Notes: generated by a model from the letters alone, not told the origin. Counted from the stretch's first letter, positions 25,460 to 38,740 are shown. The stretch is DNA of 64,000 nt from Chara braunii (GCA_003427395.1 BFEA01000034.1:2485098-2549097); one strand, 5' to 3'. Made by a program: numbers and translations.

Positions 25460-26772
25460 GTGATGGATCTCACAACAGTGCCGGTAGGGACTAGGTGTTG
25501 GGAATCTCGAGTCTATGTGAACAAATCTCTCTACTGTACAGGAATCCTGATGTTCAGCAAAAGTTTCACGAGGACGGGTTGTGATTCGAGAACAAAGGGG
25601 GAAGCAAGGGGATGCGTCGGAGGGAGAGCGAGAAGGTGTGTTGAAGACCAGTACGGGGAGAGCGTAAGGCTGAGTGGGTGAGCAGTGGAGTGTGTGAGAA
25701 TGGGCACCTCGTCTTCCCAGCAATCGAGAAAACGCAGCGACACAGGCTCAGAAATCAAGGGGGTCTGTGGCATGCATGCAATGTCTACAGCAGAAGAGGA
25801 GGAGAGAGAGGAGGGCATGCACTCACACTCTGATTCCAACAATGTGATCAACTGGATGGTGAACAGACGATCTCTGAAGAGTGCCAGCAGAAAACTCGAT
25901 GTCCAATTCATCCACAATGGTCTGAGCCAATGGACAGCAGAAGATGTCACACAAATGTCTGTGGCCCGTACATATACCGTAAAGCAGCCTAACGACCTTA
26001 AGCGTCCGTGTATAGCAGGAAGCAGCCTAATGACATTCCACATGTCTAAGGGGTACGTCTGGAGTCGCCGGGATGAGAAGCCCATTGAAGAATGTTCAAG
26101 GAACAGAGATGCAAGGTATGCTGGTACGAAATGCATGCTGGAACAGTGAAACATCTGGTACACAGCAGGAGGTCCAGGAGTCGAATCCCGCTAGCAGGAG
26201 GAAGCGGTTGCCATGCTGATCCTGTCTGTTGCTATCGGAGACCTATGGTTTACATAGGACTGGCGGTTGTTGCGGCTGCAGAAGCTGTGGCATACTTGAG
26301 ACTGGTATTTTGTGGGCAATGCATTTTCGGACGCATACATTGTGGAAGCAGTGAAAACACGATATAATCACATAAAAATCATTGGGCGTTACTCCTCGCA
26401 GTACAGGACTTTATGCCTCCACGCTAAAAAACAGCGTTACCACCTTTCTTCCCAGTACTACTCAGGTGTTACTCTCGCAGTACATGACTGTATGCCTCCA
26501 TTGCTTGTTTTTTTGGGGGGGGCGACTGAGACAGCAGATTCTTGTGAGACCTTTGCTCGGCTAAAGACCATGCACAGAATCTAATGAATCATTCATACCG
26601 CTGTTTTTTTTTAACACTGCACAGGGTGAGGAGAACCAACTACTCTTCCTACCTACTACAGTGGGGAAGGAGCCTAAGTCAAACTGACTGGAGGATGCAT
26701 GCAGCATCCTATGTTCTTTTGGTTGTAAATTCGAAGGACTTGCAATATCTGCAGCAGCAGATTCCAGTGTGA
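25460..26772 (+). pseudogene. Possible decayed Ulp1/C48 peptidase-like remainder of the preceding gene
   Basis: DSNNVINWMV...VQFIH resembles the L(N/S)DxVINxY...VxF motif; near 26668-26720 EPK-QTDWR-(A)CSI-YVL can be read with frameshifts, resembling PxQxNxxDCGxYVL; catalytic His not clearly found. Confidence 0.3.
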
Positions 26773-27071
26773 CATTTGCTGAGCTCTAGACTGTGCAAAC
26801 CAGAGTCTCTGGCGCAACATCCTGCCAAAATAGGTTGTTCAGCCGGAGACCAGGAAAACAGTTTGTTTAGCCAGACACTCTTCCCTGTTCTACTGACAAG
26901 TGGAAAGGAGACTAAATCAGCTGACTGCCTGATGCTTTCTGCATCTGTATAGTGCCTGGGGTTGCAGATTCTAGACAGAAGTGGTTGTTTAGGAGATTGT
27001 GTAGGGTCTGATCAATCATCCATCATGACATACCTCTGGATTTTGGCAAGGAGGGTATGGAGTGCCTACTA

Positions 27072-27181
27072 CTTACCCATCTGCTGAGAGGGGAGGTAGG
27101 TGACTATGACAACTGATTGCCTACTTAGTAATTACCCATCTGCTGGCAGAGGTGGGGAGGTGACCATGTTAACAGATTGCA
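27072..27181. repeat. ~60-bp imperfect tandem duplication
   Basis: TTACCCATCTGCTG..GGAGGT(AGGT)GAC.ATG..AAC.GATTGC x2. Confidence 0.8.
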
Positions 27182-27600
27182 GGATGATTGCAGCATGTGA
27201 TCTGTTTGCAGCTTTGCAGACATTTGTTTAGCCAGAGACCAGTATCCAGAGCTATGTGCGTACTTTTGGGGGCCGGAGAATGGTATGGAGTAGCTATCTG
27301 CACCTGCATCCGCATACAGAAGAGAACTAAAGCAAGGGTGTTCCGAGTGCTTGCAGCATCTCATTCTGGCGAGCCGCGAATACAATGGACCTGAGAATTT
27401 ATGAATGTCCTGAAGCAAAGAAATGGCCAAAAATGTTGTCCCGGTTTTCACAATGTTGCACCTCTTGTTTCACGGCTCCCTGGCTGTATGCACTCATGGA
27501 AATGGAAGATTACTACCACAGCCCTCTCTAATCCCTTCACCAGATTTGTTGCTAAAGTTGCTATACTCCTTTTTTCCTGAACTTTGAAAAATAGTACGCA

Positions 27601-27950
27601 TGCATCGTGCCTCTGGCTACCCTGGCCTAGAGCCATGGCTATTTGGCTATTTTGCCTGTTCGGCCTGTGGGACCAGGCCGTGGCCTGATCCCACAGGCCG
27701 TGTGCTCATTCAGTCCAGTCCAGTCCTGCCTGGTACCACGGTCGGTACCAGGCCAGTCCAGTCAGTCCGCTGGGGGTATACCCCAGCTGCAGTCTGTTTT
27801 CAAGTCATTCTTCGTCTGCACAGTTTGGAGTACGTGCGTGTTGAGTCTGTGTCGGAGCTGCGCTGTCCCTCCCATCTCCATCTCCATCTCCCTCATGCTC
27901 ATCCCTTCGTCTTGTTGCTGACGGACTGCCATCCCGGTGGGTCCGTCACA
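27601..27950. mobile_element. Candidate short solo LTR (350 bp)
   Basis: TG...CA ends flanked by ACGCA / ATGCA (5-bp TSD differing by one CpG-type transition); internal similarity (GGCTATTTT.GCCTGTTC) to the LTR sequence near 50710. Confidence 0.45.
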
Positions 27951-29113
27951 ATGCATGACTGCATTGAGAAACCACATTTAAAAACGGCTTGAGAGGGCAA
28001 CTGAATTTCACCACGAGACCCCTGTGATTGACACATGTAGGGTTGGTCGCAGCGACAACACCTCCGATGACGAGGGTACGTGGACAAGGATAAACCAGAA
28101 TGAAGAAGAAACACTCGAGCTTCTCTTCATGGGTCCTTCCTCAACATCCGAACAGAAAGCCCATCAGAATGAAAACATTGCAGAGAGTCCTCGACATGTT
28201 TCGCTGGCCACCGAGCGACTTCCGCAGGAGGTGCAGTGCAGCTTCTGACATGCTTAGTCCCTCGCAGTGCACCAGGACATGTCGGGCTGGGTATATTGAC
28301 CCGATAGCCCATCGGACCCATTCCCAGAATTTGAATCCGCCTAGTTGAGCCTCGATCTCCCGCCCTACAATTGAATTTGAATTGCAAACTAACATGTTAC
28401 CCGTCTCGAATGATTACCTACCTAACTGGCAGCCATCACCACTCCGGTCAGATCTCATGAGTGCCTGGCTATTAAATCTTATGATAAGTCAAAAAAAGAA
28501 AAAGGAAAAGGAAAAAATATTGCTTGATTTCGGATCCTGATGGATGCAATAATGTTTCGGGCTACCCCCCTTGTTAAAGGGGGGGAGACCCGGCATTCAT
28601 GTGAGGAAGAGACAAACCCACTGCAAAAAGTGTAGTAATCAAGCAATCGAAGCGTGTTGGGTGAATCAACATGTGAGGGACGCTGGAGCCAGTTTGCAGA
28701 CAACCGCAGGAGATAAGTAACAAGAACTGGGTTTAGCAGAGGAGGAGTAGGGTGAGGGGAATGAGCACGCACATGTGCACTCGATGAAAGGGTGCCCCAT
28801 ACACAAAGAGTGCCAGCAGGGAACCCCGAGTTATGATGGTATGGGCCTGGGAGCAGCACACAAGATGTCACACTGATGCGTGTGGGCGGTAAATATAGTG
28901 GATGAGCAGCCTAACGGCTATGTGGTCGCTGCGGTATGTCCGGAATAGGCCAGCATCAGAAGGGTATCAGCGGAAAATGCCCGAGGGGCAGAAATGTAAA
29001 TGCACTAGTACCTAGGACGCGCCAGGAAAATAAAATGTTTGGTGATGCCCGGCATAAGGTCCACGGATCAAGCCCTGATTCTGAGCCATAGTACAATACA
29101 AGCATTAAAGCAT

Positions 29114-29160
29114 AACAAGTAAACGTGCCGCGGCTACGCCGTGGCAGAGGGAACGTTCGT
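29114..29160 (-). mobile_element. Helentron/Helitron-like 3' terminus
   Basis: GC-rich hairpin TGCCACGGC-GTA-GCCGCGGCA followed on the minus strand by CGTTTACTTGTT. Confidence 0.35.
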
Positions 29161-29226
29161 AATTGAAGAAGTGAATTTTCCATCAGAATGAGAATGAACA
29201 CAGAAATGTATGAAGTTTCGACAGTG

Positions 29227-29229
<3 letters not shown>

Positions 29230-29316
<87 letters not shown>
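29230..29316. repeat. (CT)n microsatellite
   Basis: Direct reading. Confidence 0.98.
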
Positions 29317-29318
<2 letters not shown>

Positions 29319-29940
29319 ATCGAAAGATTTGAGGTCGTGACTACGTCCGCGGCACATCGTTTCTTCCCCTCCATCCCATGCCGGGTTTCACATACAGGAG
29401 CAGCAGCGTAATAATCTTTCTCTTTTCCCCTGCTTCCTTATGCCACCGCACTGGCCAACAGGTGAGTCTCCAACCCCGCGGCTATCGTTAGAATGAGCAA
29501 TCTTCCGCTAGAATATGGAAACAGAACACTATTTTCCTACGCTATGCCACTTTCCTCTCAATCACGCTACCAGCTGGCTACGCTATGCCACTCTCCTCTC
29601 GATCGTGCCGCTAGCTAGCCCCGTTCTCTCTTTTTCCTCTTGGATTCTTCATTCCCACCCTTCGATCTCTTGTGCAGTCTTCTTGCCCCTTGGTGTCCTT
29701 GCTCATTCCTTAGTTATCCCGCTCTTCTTCCCTCTCCTTCATGTCTCCTCTCTTTTCCCCATGCAGTCTCCTTTTCCCTTGGTGTCCCTCCTCCTCCTAC
29801 CTTATGCCGCTCTCTTCTCGATAATGATCCTGGCCGCCCTGCAGGGTGCCCACCTCTCGCGGCGCTTGCCATGCCGCTCACTTCTCGGTCACGATGCTCG
29901 ACGTCCTGCCACGTCCCCGCCTCTGCTAGCACTTGCTCTC

Positions 29941-30350
29941 NNNNNNNNNNNNNNNNNNNNNNNNNNNNNNNNNNNNNNNNNNNNNNNNNNNNNNNNNNNN
30001 NNNNNNNNNNNNNNNNNNNNNNNNNNNNNNNNNNNNNNNNNNNNNNNNNNNNNNNNNNNNNNNNNNNNNNNNNNNNNNNNNNNNNNNNNNNNNNNNNNNN
30101 NNNNNNNNNNNNNNNNNNNNNNNNNNNNNNNNNNNNNNNNNNNNNNNNNNNNNNNNNNNNNNNNNNNNNNNNNNNNNNNNNNNNNNNNNNNNNNNNNNNN
30201 NNNNNNNNNNNNNNNNNNNNNNNNNNNNNNNNNNNNNNNNNNNNNNNNNNNNNNNNNNNNNNNNNNNNNNNNNNNNNNNNNNNNNNNNNNNNNNNNNNNN
30301 NNNNNNNNNNNNNNNNNNNNNNNNNNNNNNNNNNNNNNNNNNNNNNNNNN
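29941..30350. other. Assembly gap (410 N)
   Basis: Run of N. Confidence 1.

Positions 30351-30427
<77 letters not shown>
30351..30427. repeat. (AC)n microsatellite
   Basis: Direct reading. Confidence 0.98.
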
Positions 30428-30428
<1 letters not shown>

Positions 30429-30463
30429 TCCATTGATAGGATGAGCAAAATCGGAATGAATTG

Positions 30464-31655
30464 TGTTATGATCCTGGCCAATTTCGAGATACACATTCAT
30501 CAGATAGTATAATGCCATCCAACTGCAGAAAGAAATGAATGAACTTGAGAGGAAAGAGAGGGTAAGAAGAAGAAGAAGAAATAAACAAGAAGAAGATGAT
30601 GTACACCAGCATAGACAAATGACAAAGCTCTTCTTCTTTGCCCAACACTCTCCTCCTCCTTTACTCCTCTCTTATTCATACAAGAAATAATAGTACAATG
30701 TTGAATGGCTGATCCAGAATCATGTCCAAGTTCCTCTTCTACTGCAGGTATCACTTGAGATCCACCATAGCCATGGCCACCTCCCTCATTCTTCACTCTC
30801 ATCGGTCGAGGCTATGGCGGACTACTGGGCCTTGCCCTGATGTCCAAAGGACAACCCAAGGCAGCTATGGCTGCTCCAGCTCAGGCCGCCATGCCTGACT
30901 TTGCCTCAAAGCTTCTTGGTGTGGCTCTACCCCCGCTGGGGTCTTCCTGCTGCAGCACCCACCAAGGTAATGAAAATGTCCGCCACCATAGCCAGGTAAG
31001 TACCTCTGGCGCTCCCCTTTCCCCCTGCTCTTCTTCCTCCTCCGTGTCCTTGCTTCTTCCCCAGCAGCGCTGCTCCATCCAACGCTCCAACCAGTGTGTC
31101 GCCAAACTTGCACACCGACAATGAGGCTGGGCTCTTCGCCCGGCCTGGAGATATAGCGGCCTGCTTGCCTCTTGGCCGGTGACTTCTAGGCCTCTCGGCC
31201 TTCCCAACAACCGGTACCTCCTCCCTTTCGGAGGGAATCATCATTGCAGACTCTGATATTGCCCGTACAGGCCCTAGACTCAGACTCGTTGGACTGGTAC
31301 CCGCCTAGACCTAGCCTACAACTACTAGGCCTCTCAAAATGCCACTTTTGTCTTCTTCTGCTCGGCCTTCAGTACCCGCACATCTACCTCTTCAAGGTAC
31401 TGTACCGGCCTACCTGCTACTCGAGTGTTTTTCCCCCAGCCCTGAGGGCCCAACGAACGGACAAGTACCCTTGCGGGTCACACACACACTCAAGCCAACC
31501 AGCACTTTGACATACATGCAGACCAGCAAGCACGCACACACACACAAACATGCAGAACTTAGTGGCAAGCGGGAAACTCAGCAAGGCATTCAGTCCGTGA
31601 GCAAAACTCAGAAATCAGCTATGTGTCTCAGTGTGTGTTTGGTCGGGTCATCACA
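30464..31655 (-). repeat. 3' LTR
   Basis: TGTTATGATCCTGGCC...GGGTCATCACA, homologous to 39598-40814. Confidence 0.95.
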
Positions 31656-31671
31656 CTACCCCCCCCTTAAG
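31656..31671 (-). promoter_or_regulatory. Polypurine tract
   Basis: Minus strand CTTAAGGGGGGGGTAG abuts the 3' LTR. Confidence 0.9.
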
Positions 31672-32503
31672 AGCGAGGTCCCTTCGAGCAAGTAACTCAG
31701 TCTGAGTCCTCGACAAATGCATCATAAGCAAATAAGGCAAAGAGATTTTGAGAGTACTTTATTGCAGTTAGCTTTGCAAAGATTTTGGGAACAGCATTAG
31801 AGGTGGTTTGTCGTTCGTAGGCCTTGAGAACGCGAGGAGCGTTGCGCAGTAGTTCCTTCTTGGATATCCAGTAGAGATCGTCCAATGGGTGATACATAAA
31901 GTGAACCTAGTACTGTCGGTTATGTCCATTCCCTACGTGCTGTTTGATTCTGTCCATCTCATGACCGCCATCGATTGCACGAGGAATCATGTCTTCATGG
32001 TAATCGAAGGACTTAGCATCATGGTGGATATACAGTTTTGATGCATGAAAGACAGGGTATGTGCGCAGATGAGGTGGCACAACAACTGTGTATGAGGGGT
32101 CAAATTCATCATTGCCAATCACATCCAGAACTTCCCACGGACCGTAGTAGAGTGGAAAAAGTTTGCTTGAGACTCCCTCTTCTTCTGAGAATTCAGACAT
32201 CTTGACCCAGACATAACTTCCTACTTCGATATCCGAAGGTCGACGCTTCTTGTTTGCATGGTGGATCAGTGCGTGTTGTCGCTTGGTCATTGCTGTGAAT
32301 CTCCTGTGATGGCAACTTTCAGCAAGTGATCATACTTGGCCCTGAAGCCAGGCCTACCGGGTGTTAAACCAGCTGACTTTTCAGAGAACAGGTAGGAGAG
32401 CGGGTTTCGAATCTTCCAAGCGTAATGCAGCCTATTTGGCGTCATGCCGGTGTCAGAATGGATGGAATTGTTATACAACCCTTTGACGGAATACAGCTCT
32501 TTA

Positions 32504-33410
32504 TTTTTTTTTATTTTTTTTTAGCGCCAACTTCAATACGAATATGATTAGCTTATAATCTCGATGTACAATGGACTTATAAGGCTACCTGATCATTCTA
32601 TGTTGAAGTAGACTCCCATTCATCGCTTACCTCACTTCTTTTTCTTTCACCTCAAAACTTCTTGTTGCTCTTCCGTAGTAATGCCATTGTCCCTCCTCAA
32701 GAAGATGAAGTGGAGAAGAGTTGCACACAGAAGGAACCAAAATAGCGGGCCAACAATGACGACGTTCATCAGGCCACTGACACACCAAAATCCAAGGCTA
32801 GCATGACTGATTTCAGCAGTTATAGGTAGCTATGGCTGCCGAGGTCCCCCCTTATACCAACGTGGAACAATCTCTATCCTTCCCAGTTACTACCCCTACC
32901 CTCAACGAGATTCGACATCTGCGTCCTCACCAATTTGAGCCTATAAGCTTTCTTTTTTTTTTAACAAAAGCCCCCACCAGTGTTAGTGGTGCTAATCATA
33001 GCAGACACCACTAGCACCTGGGAAGAGGCTCCATCTATTGGTGGGGAGCATCACCTGCTGGAAAACGGGTTCAGCGTCCCTCATACAAACTGTTGTTGGA
33101 GTACGTTCCTGCCAGCATTTATTGCCCTGGGATCCAGGGGATTAACTGAGCAGGATATTGGTGGGAAGGGGGAACCTCTTCACCTTGCATTCGGCGCCGG
33201 ATTCACAACTATATGCTAGTTACTCCCTCCCCCTGAGCCACACTGAAACCGTACTAGCATCTACCCCATCTGTTGACATTCTTGGGGAACAAGGGTGGAG
33301 CCTGCCAACATTGATTACCCCGCTCCGTACCACTGTAGATGTACAATGGAGAATCCATGGGGTGGAAAGGGATCGGGGAAATCAGAAGGAGGGCGCAGAG
33401 GAGCCGCCCC
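32504..33410 (-). mobile_element. LINE 3' fragment plus extra segment inserted in the integrase
   Basis: Integrase PNQETW|DKELYSVKGLYNN is split here; insert carries LINE C-terminus PLRPPSDFPDPFPP..WYG, the 3' motif and two poly(A) tracts (~32949-32962 and ~32500-32522). Confidence 0.85.
32970..33080 (-). ncRNA. Conserved LINE 3'-UTR motif, copy 3
   Basis: Minus strand: GGGACGCTGAACCCGTTTTCCAGCAGGTGATGCTCCCCACCAATAGATGGAGC + hairpin TGCTAGTGGTG...CACCACTAACA. Confidence 0.75.
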
Positions 33411-36400
33411 CCATGTCTCCTGATTCGGAATGATTAAAGCGCGGAGAAGTTGAAACACAGTCTGGTTGATTTCCTCAGCCAAACCATTGGCTTCGGGATG
33501 TCGCCCAGATGTCATGAATAGTTTGAGGTCAGGGAGTTGGGACGTGAAGTCCCTCCATTCGGTATTTATGAAGCGCGGATCCCGATCATTCAGTTGGGGC
33601 ATAAGATGACAAAGGAATCAAATTCAGAAATTTAGAGATTATGAAGCGCGGGTCCCAATCACTCACAAGAGTTTTCGGGGTTCCGAACTGCAGAATGTAC
33701 TTCTGTTTGAACTCACAGATCACCAATTCAGTTGGGGCATGGGATGGCAAAGGAATCAGATTCAGAAATTTAGAGAAGCGGATAACAATCACCATGACTT
33801 GCGAGTAGTCATTCTTGCTTATCTTTCCCATGTCAGTGAAGTCGACGAAGATGGACTCCCCGGGTCCATCGGGAATGGGAAGGGGTGTGAGTAGCCCGAT
33901 GGACTTTTGTCTATAGAGTTTGATTCGTTGACAGACTTGGCATTCAACCACAAACTTTTCAGCCGATCCCTTCATACCGGGTCAATCAAACTATCTTAGT
34001 AGGTTTTCGTACGTCTTTGCCATGTCGAAGTGCCCGCTCCGACCATGAGCCAAGTCCAAGAAGTGCGTGTGGAGAGGCTCATGGTTGGGTACACACAAAC
34101 GGTCGTGATTCCCATAGCGTCGGAAAACCAGTCCTCCATATTCGTGAAAATCAGGTTGACTGTTGGGGTCAGCCTGTAGTTGCTCAAGGATAGGATTAAG
34201 GTCCGGATCCTTGGCAATATATTCTACGATCTCCTCCAATTTCTTTCGAAGGTCGTAGGAACCCAGAAGGCAAGTCATGTACTCAAGGTGGTGAGACAAC
34301 GCATCAGCAACTCGATTATAACAACCCTTTTTATGTCTTAGTTCAAAATCAAAATGTCAATCTCATGGAACCAGCGAGTGTTTCCAGTGGTCCAAAACCA
34401 TACGCAAACCATAGAGCTCGTGCATGTACGTGGAAGTAGCTACCTTTTCGCGGGGCATGCATTTGCTGTAGTACTCGAGCGGCCGCAAGCCGTCACTGTC
34501 ATCTTGTTGCAGCACTGCGCCAATCCCGTATTGGCTAGCATTCGTAAGGACTACGAATGTTAGTTTGGAATTTGCAATGCGGAGTACAGGGTAACTTACC
34601 AAGGCCTCTTTCAATGCTTGAAATGCGGTCTCACATGTTGCATCCCATGCGTAAGGTATATTCTTACTAGTCATTCGGGACCATAGGCGACCAACAATAG
34701 AGAATCGGGGCACAAACTTCCAATAATATGACGCGAGACCAAGGAAAGGACGCAGTTCGCGAATGTTTGCGGGTTGTGGCCAGTCACGTATGACTTCAAC
34801 CTTAGTTGCCTCAGGCTCGAGGCTTGCAGCAGACAACCGATGCCCGAGATAGATGACGTTATCCCTCCCAAACTCAGATTTCTCGAAGTTGAGATGAAGT
34901 TGCGTTTTCTTGAGGATGGTGAACACTTCCTCAAGGTGCTTCATGTGTTCCTCGATAGATTTACTTAAGATCATAATATCATCGAGATACACTACCACAA
35001 ACCGACCAATCTGTTCGCGGAGGACTTTGTCCATAAGGCTTTGAACGGTGGCTGGTACGTTCGTGAGGCCAAAGGGCATTACAGTAAATTCGTAAAGCCC
35101 ATCGCGTGTCTTGAACGCAGTTTTGTGCTGGTTCGCCGGATCGACTTCAATCTGGTGGCATACAGACTTAAGATCGATCTTGGAGAATACCTTGCACCCA
35201 CCGGCAGCATCAAGCAAGTCATTTATGTGTGGCAACAGATATGCATTATTTCTACTGATTCGGTTTCGACTGCGATAATCGATACACATACAAAGCTCGC
35301 CTCCTTTCTTCGGGACAAACAAAACAGGTGCATCAAATTCAGATTCACTAGGTTTGATCCAACCCTTGTCGATCATTTTGTCGATTTGTTTCCGGAGTTC
35401 CTCCAACTCGCCGGGTCCCATTCGGTACACGCAACCCTTTGGAGGAACAGCACCTTCGACCAACTCGATGGTATGTCTGACTGATCACGTGGGGACTCCA
35501 CGTGGTTTAGCCTGAACTTCCGGGAATCGGTCAATTAGGTTTTGGATGCTTGTTGGGACCGGTGGGGGTGAAGGATCAGCAAACGGATCACCTAGATCTG
35601 GTCGCAGATTACGATTGGAAGCGACCAAATTTGAAGTAGAATCATTTGGACTAGTAGTGGGTAGAGAAGTAGAAGTATTAGAAGTAGACTCATTAGATGA
35701 AGTAGGATTGATACTAGCCGCAAAAGTAGATGGTACATGAGTAGGGCGAACATAGGCAATATACATTTGTCCGTCCTCTTTGTGCTTGCACCACTTTTTG
35801 CAGAATTGCATGGCGTTGCGAAAAGTCACTGGGGATTCGCGCTTCTCATCCAAGAGAACGGGAAGCTCGTTCCCTTGAGCATCTTTGATCATGAAAAGTG
35901 ACTCATTCCACTTGGTCCATTCGCATTGGGGCTGCAACCAGCCCAATCCAAGGATTGCGTCGAAGGGACACTTGTCAAGGACATAGAAGTTCAGTGCATG
36001 GGTGACTGTCTTGTCCTTGTCAAAGGTAGTGCGCACACCTTTGACTACATGTGTAGATGAGACAAATTCCTGGTTTCCTACTTGAGTCCGGCAAGGGTTC
36101 TACAGAGCCACTTATTTCATCCTCAAGCCCACTTTGCATATCCCGTGTGGTGACATAAAGTTACTCGTTGCACCACAATCAATCAAGACACAGAGATAGC
36201 GGTGGTTTACGAGAAGTTTGAAGGATCGACTTCACCGTCCCTTGAGCACGTTCATGTTTCATCTCAGCCCAATGCTCTAAGTAATAATGGAAGTCAACCG
36301 TCTCAGACTCCTCCCAAGGCTTAACATACAAAGCATGACAGGCTTCAGCCTTGGAATCAGCAGATGACGGGGCTTCAAGAGAGGACTGCTGATCTGCATC

Positions 36401-38702
36401 AGATTCAGTCTCCCTTGCCGTAGAGGGTGCTGAAGCCAACTCTACGTCCGATTCTGGTTTCCCTGCAGCCTATAGCAATCTTATACCTTATGGTTCGTTT
36501 TCAAGTAATGCAGGTAACTCCCTTCTTCATTCTAGCCTTCCATTCAGCCTCACTGATCCGAAGGTCTACCCAAGGTTTAGTAGTTGCATCCTCCGGTTTG
36601 GCTGGGATTTTGGCTCCCTTTAGAAGTGCGGCGAAGCTCCTTACTGAATTCCTGTTTTTGTTTCCCTTCCCATGGACAATCTTTTTAAAGGCACATAATT
36701 TATCATCATCATTATTCATGTCAACCTCTTGAGTTGAAGAGCAGGCTGTATCAGCGTCTTGTTCTTGGTCGTCGCCAAGACTGGGGTCGTCTGCTTCGGC
36801 CTCCGTTTCCCCTTCCAACAAGTGAAGCAAAGCTAAGCGATTGTTGTCACGAAATCGCCCGTGAATAAAAGACTTTTTGTTGCCTGCTGTTGTAAGGAGG
36901 TCTCCTGCCTCCAAACTGACTGCATCCTTCATTAAAGAGAACCAATCAGTATAACCGAAGAAATCCCTGTCTAGGCGATTAGTCAAGTGAGTGGGAACCG
37001 TACCTTTAACTACATCTAAGCATGATTGCGCAGTCAGCTTCAATCCTGGCGTTGCAAAGAGCTTGCTGGCATGCAATTGCAATTTATGCATGGTGCCCTG
37101 CCACTTGCTGCGCGTGAGTTCATCAAGTTGTATCCTTACCCTTGCAGCAACATGTGGGTCCTTATATTATGCAACGAGTGTGTCCTCCAGAGTGGTGACC
37201 GGCGTGACTTTAAGCCACTGGGATAGGTTGATCTTTGCGTACCTAGCTTGCATGGCTTGGACTTCAAGGAAGCCCCTTACGACAGACTCGATGTTGGTCC
37301 CCAGGATGACTGGCTTACTCTTTGAGTGCCTTGTACTTCAAAGTACGCTCTCATGGAGTTGATCCAGGACTCAACGTCCTCCTTGCCGTCATACTTGAAC
37401 GGTATCATCACCGCCTTCCTGTCCATGTACGGACTGCCATAGTTGGGTCCAGCTATTGCTGCTGGATCCAATCCCAGGGCTGCGGCAGTTGCAGAACTTC
37501 CTGCGCTTCCACTTGTAATGACAGTGGGAACTGCACCTGTCGCAGGTTTTGACTGAATCACCAGACTCATCGAAGAAGACTGAGAAGAAGGAGAGGAATG
37601 GAAGGGTGCAAAGGTAGAACAAGGAAGAGAACTTGAGAGTGGGGTCTGATGTATGGCTGCCATTTGCGGGATTTGATCATGGTGCTCTTTGGCCATGTCT
37701 TCTATTTGAGTACGCATCTTACTGAGATTTACTCATTTCCTCAAGTAACTGGGACTTCACACTTGCAAGTTCGTTGAGCAAGTGGTAATCAACGAGAGTA
37801 CGTACATACACAACCAGATCTTTCTTAAGGTCAGCATCAGATACATTCGGAACAATTTGAAAAATGGCCTCAAGTTCATCAGCAATTGTTTTCCGCGTTT
37901 CCTCTTCCGCCTTCTCCTCCTCAGCCAACTCTTTCTGATAGAGGGCCTCATACAGCGGTTTATCATTCTCATTCGCTGCATTCATGCGGGCCTTTAACAT
38001 ATCCGAAAGTTTGGTCGGTGCCATGTTGGAACCACTAGTTCCTTCAGTTGTCATGGCTTCTCTTGCCCTTTTCTCTTGTCCGAGCGTCTCGACGGGCATG
38101 TAGTGGACTTCAGCAAAAGAAACAGACCAAAAGTACAGAGAAGAAGATAGAACTCCTAGTCGGAGCGACAAATATTTGGACTAGAGAGCAACCAATAAAA
38201 ACAAATCAAAGAATACAATGTTCAGAAGAGAGTTCCGGTTCCGCGTTCAAGTCCGGTCAGACCAAGTACAAAATCCCCTTGAGCCTAATCCAACCCGCAC
38301 CGTCAAAGTACAGCAAACCAGACTACAAGTAACATCATACAGCAATGGAGAATTGAGTGGTGTATAAGGTGCAGGTCAAGCATTGGATTGTGTGTCATCA
38401 GTCTGACAAAGCATCTCAGCTGAGATCCCCTCGGCAGCGAGGGCTCTAATAAAAAAGAAGATTATTGTATCCTAGACAGAACACAGAGTGACACTGCGTC
38501 AACAGATTTGGGTCCCAAAGGCCCTTCTTGTTTGGGCCCAGTCCCACTGGGTCCACTAGATCCCAAGTAGGTCGTGACCAAGTCCCAACCAAGGAAAGTA
38601 CCTCAAGGTCCTACTTTCTGCCTCTACCGTACTGAAAAACGAATTTCAACTTCAAGAGAGAACCTACAGACTACATCCATTCACAAATGAAAAAATTAAT
38701 GG

Positions 38703-38740
38703 CTGTCTCTTATACACATCTAGATGTGTATAAGAGACAG
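38703..38740. other. Nextera mate-pair junction adapter (Tn5 mosaic ends); assembly artefact
   Basis: Exact CTGTCTCTTATACACATCT+AGATGTGTATAAGAGACAG between two near-duplicate ~115-bp segments. Confidence 0.98.

Larger units (their letters stand above)
31697..38054 (-). pseudogene. gag-pol (decayed): Gag, protease, RT, RNase H, integrase, chromodomain
   Basis: KYDGKEDVESW (gag), LIDCGATSNF (protease), KIDLKS/KTAF/MPFGL/YLDD (RT), TNASQYGIGAVL (RNase H), H-H-CQVC and HPEANGLAE (integrase), YYGPW/YPVFHAS, IKQHVG..RQY.VHF..YWISKKEL (chromodomain). Confidence 0.95.

Noticed and set aside
29515-30518. Long ORFs spanning the first gap
   Set aside because: Produced by N runs and the (AC)n repeat
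38703-38740. Tn5/IS50 ends as a bacterial transposon or horizontal transfer
   Set aside because: Back-to-back mosaic ends with no transposase are the library adapter
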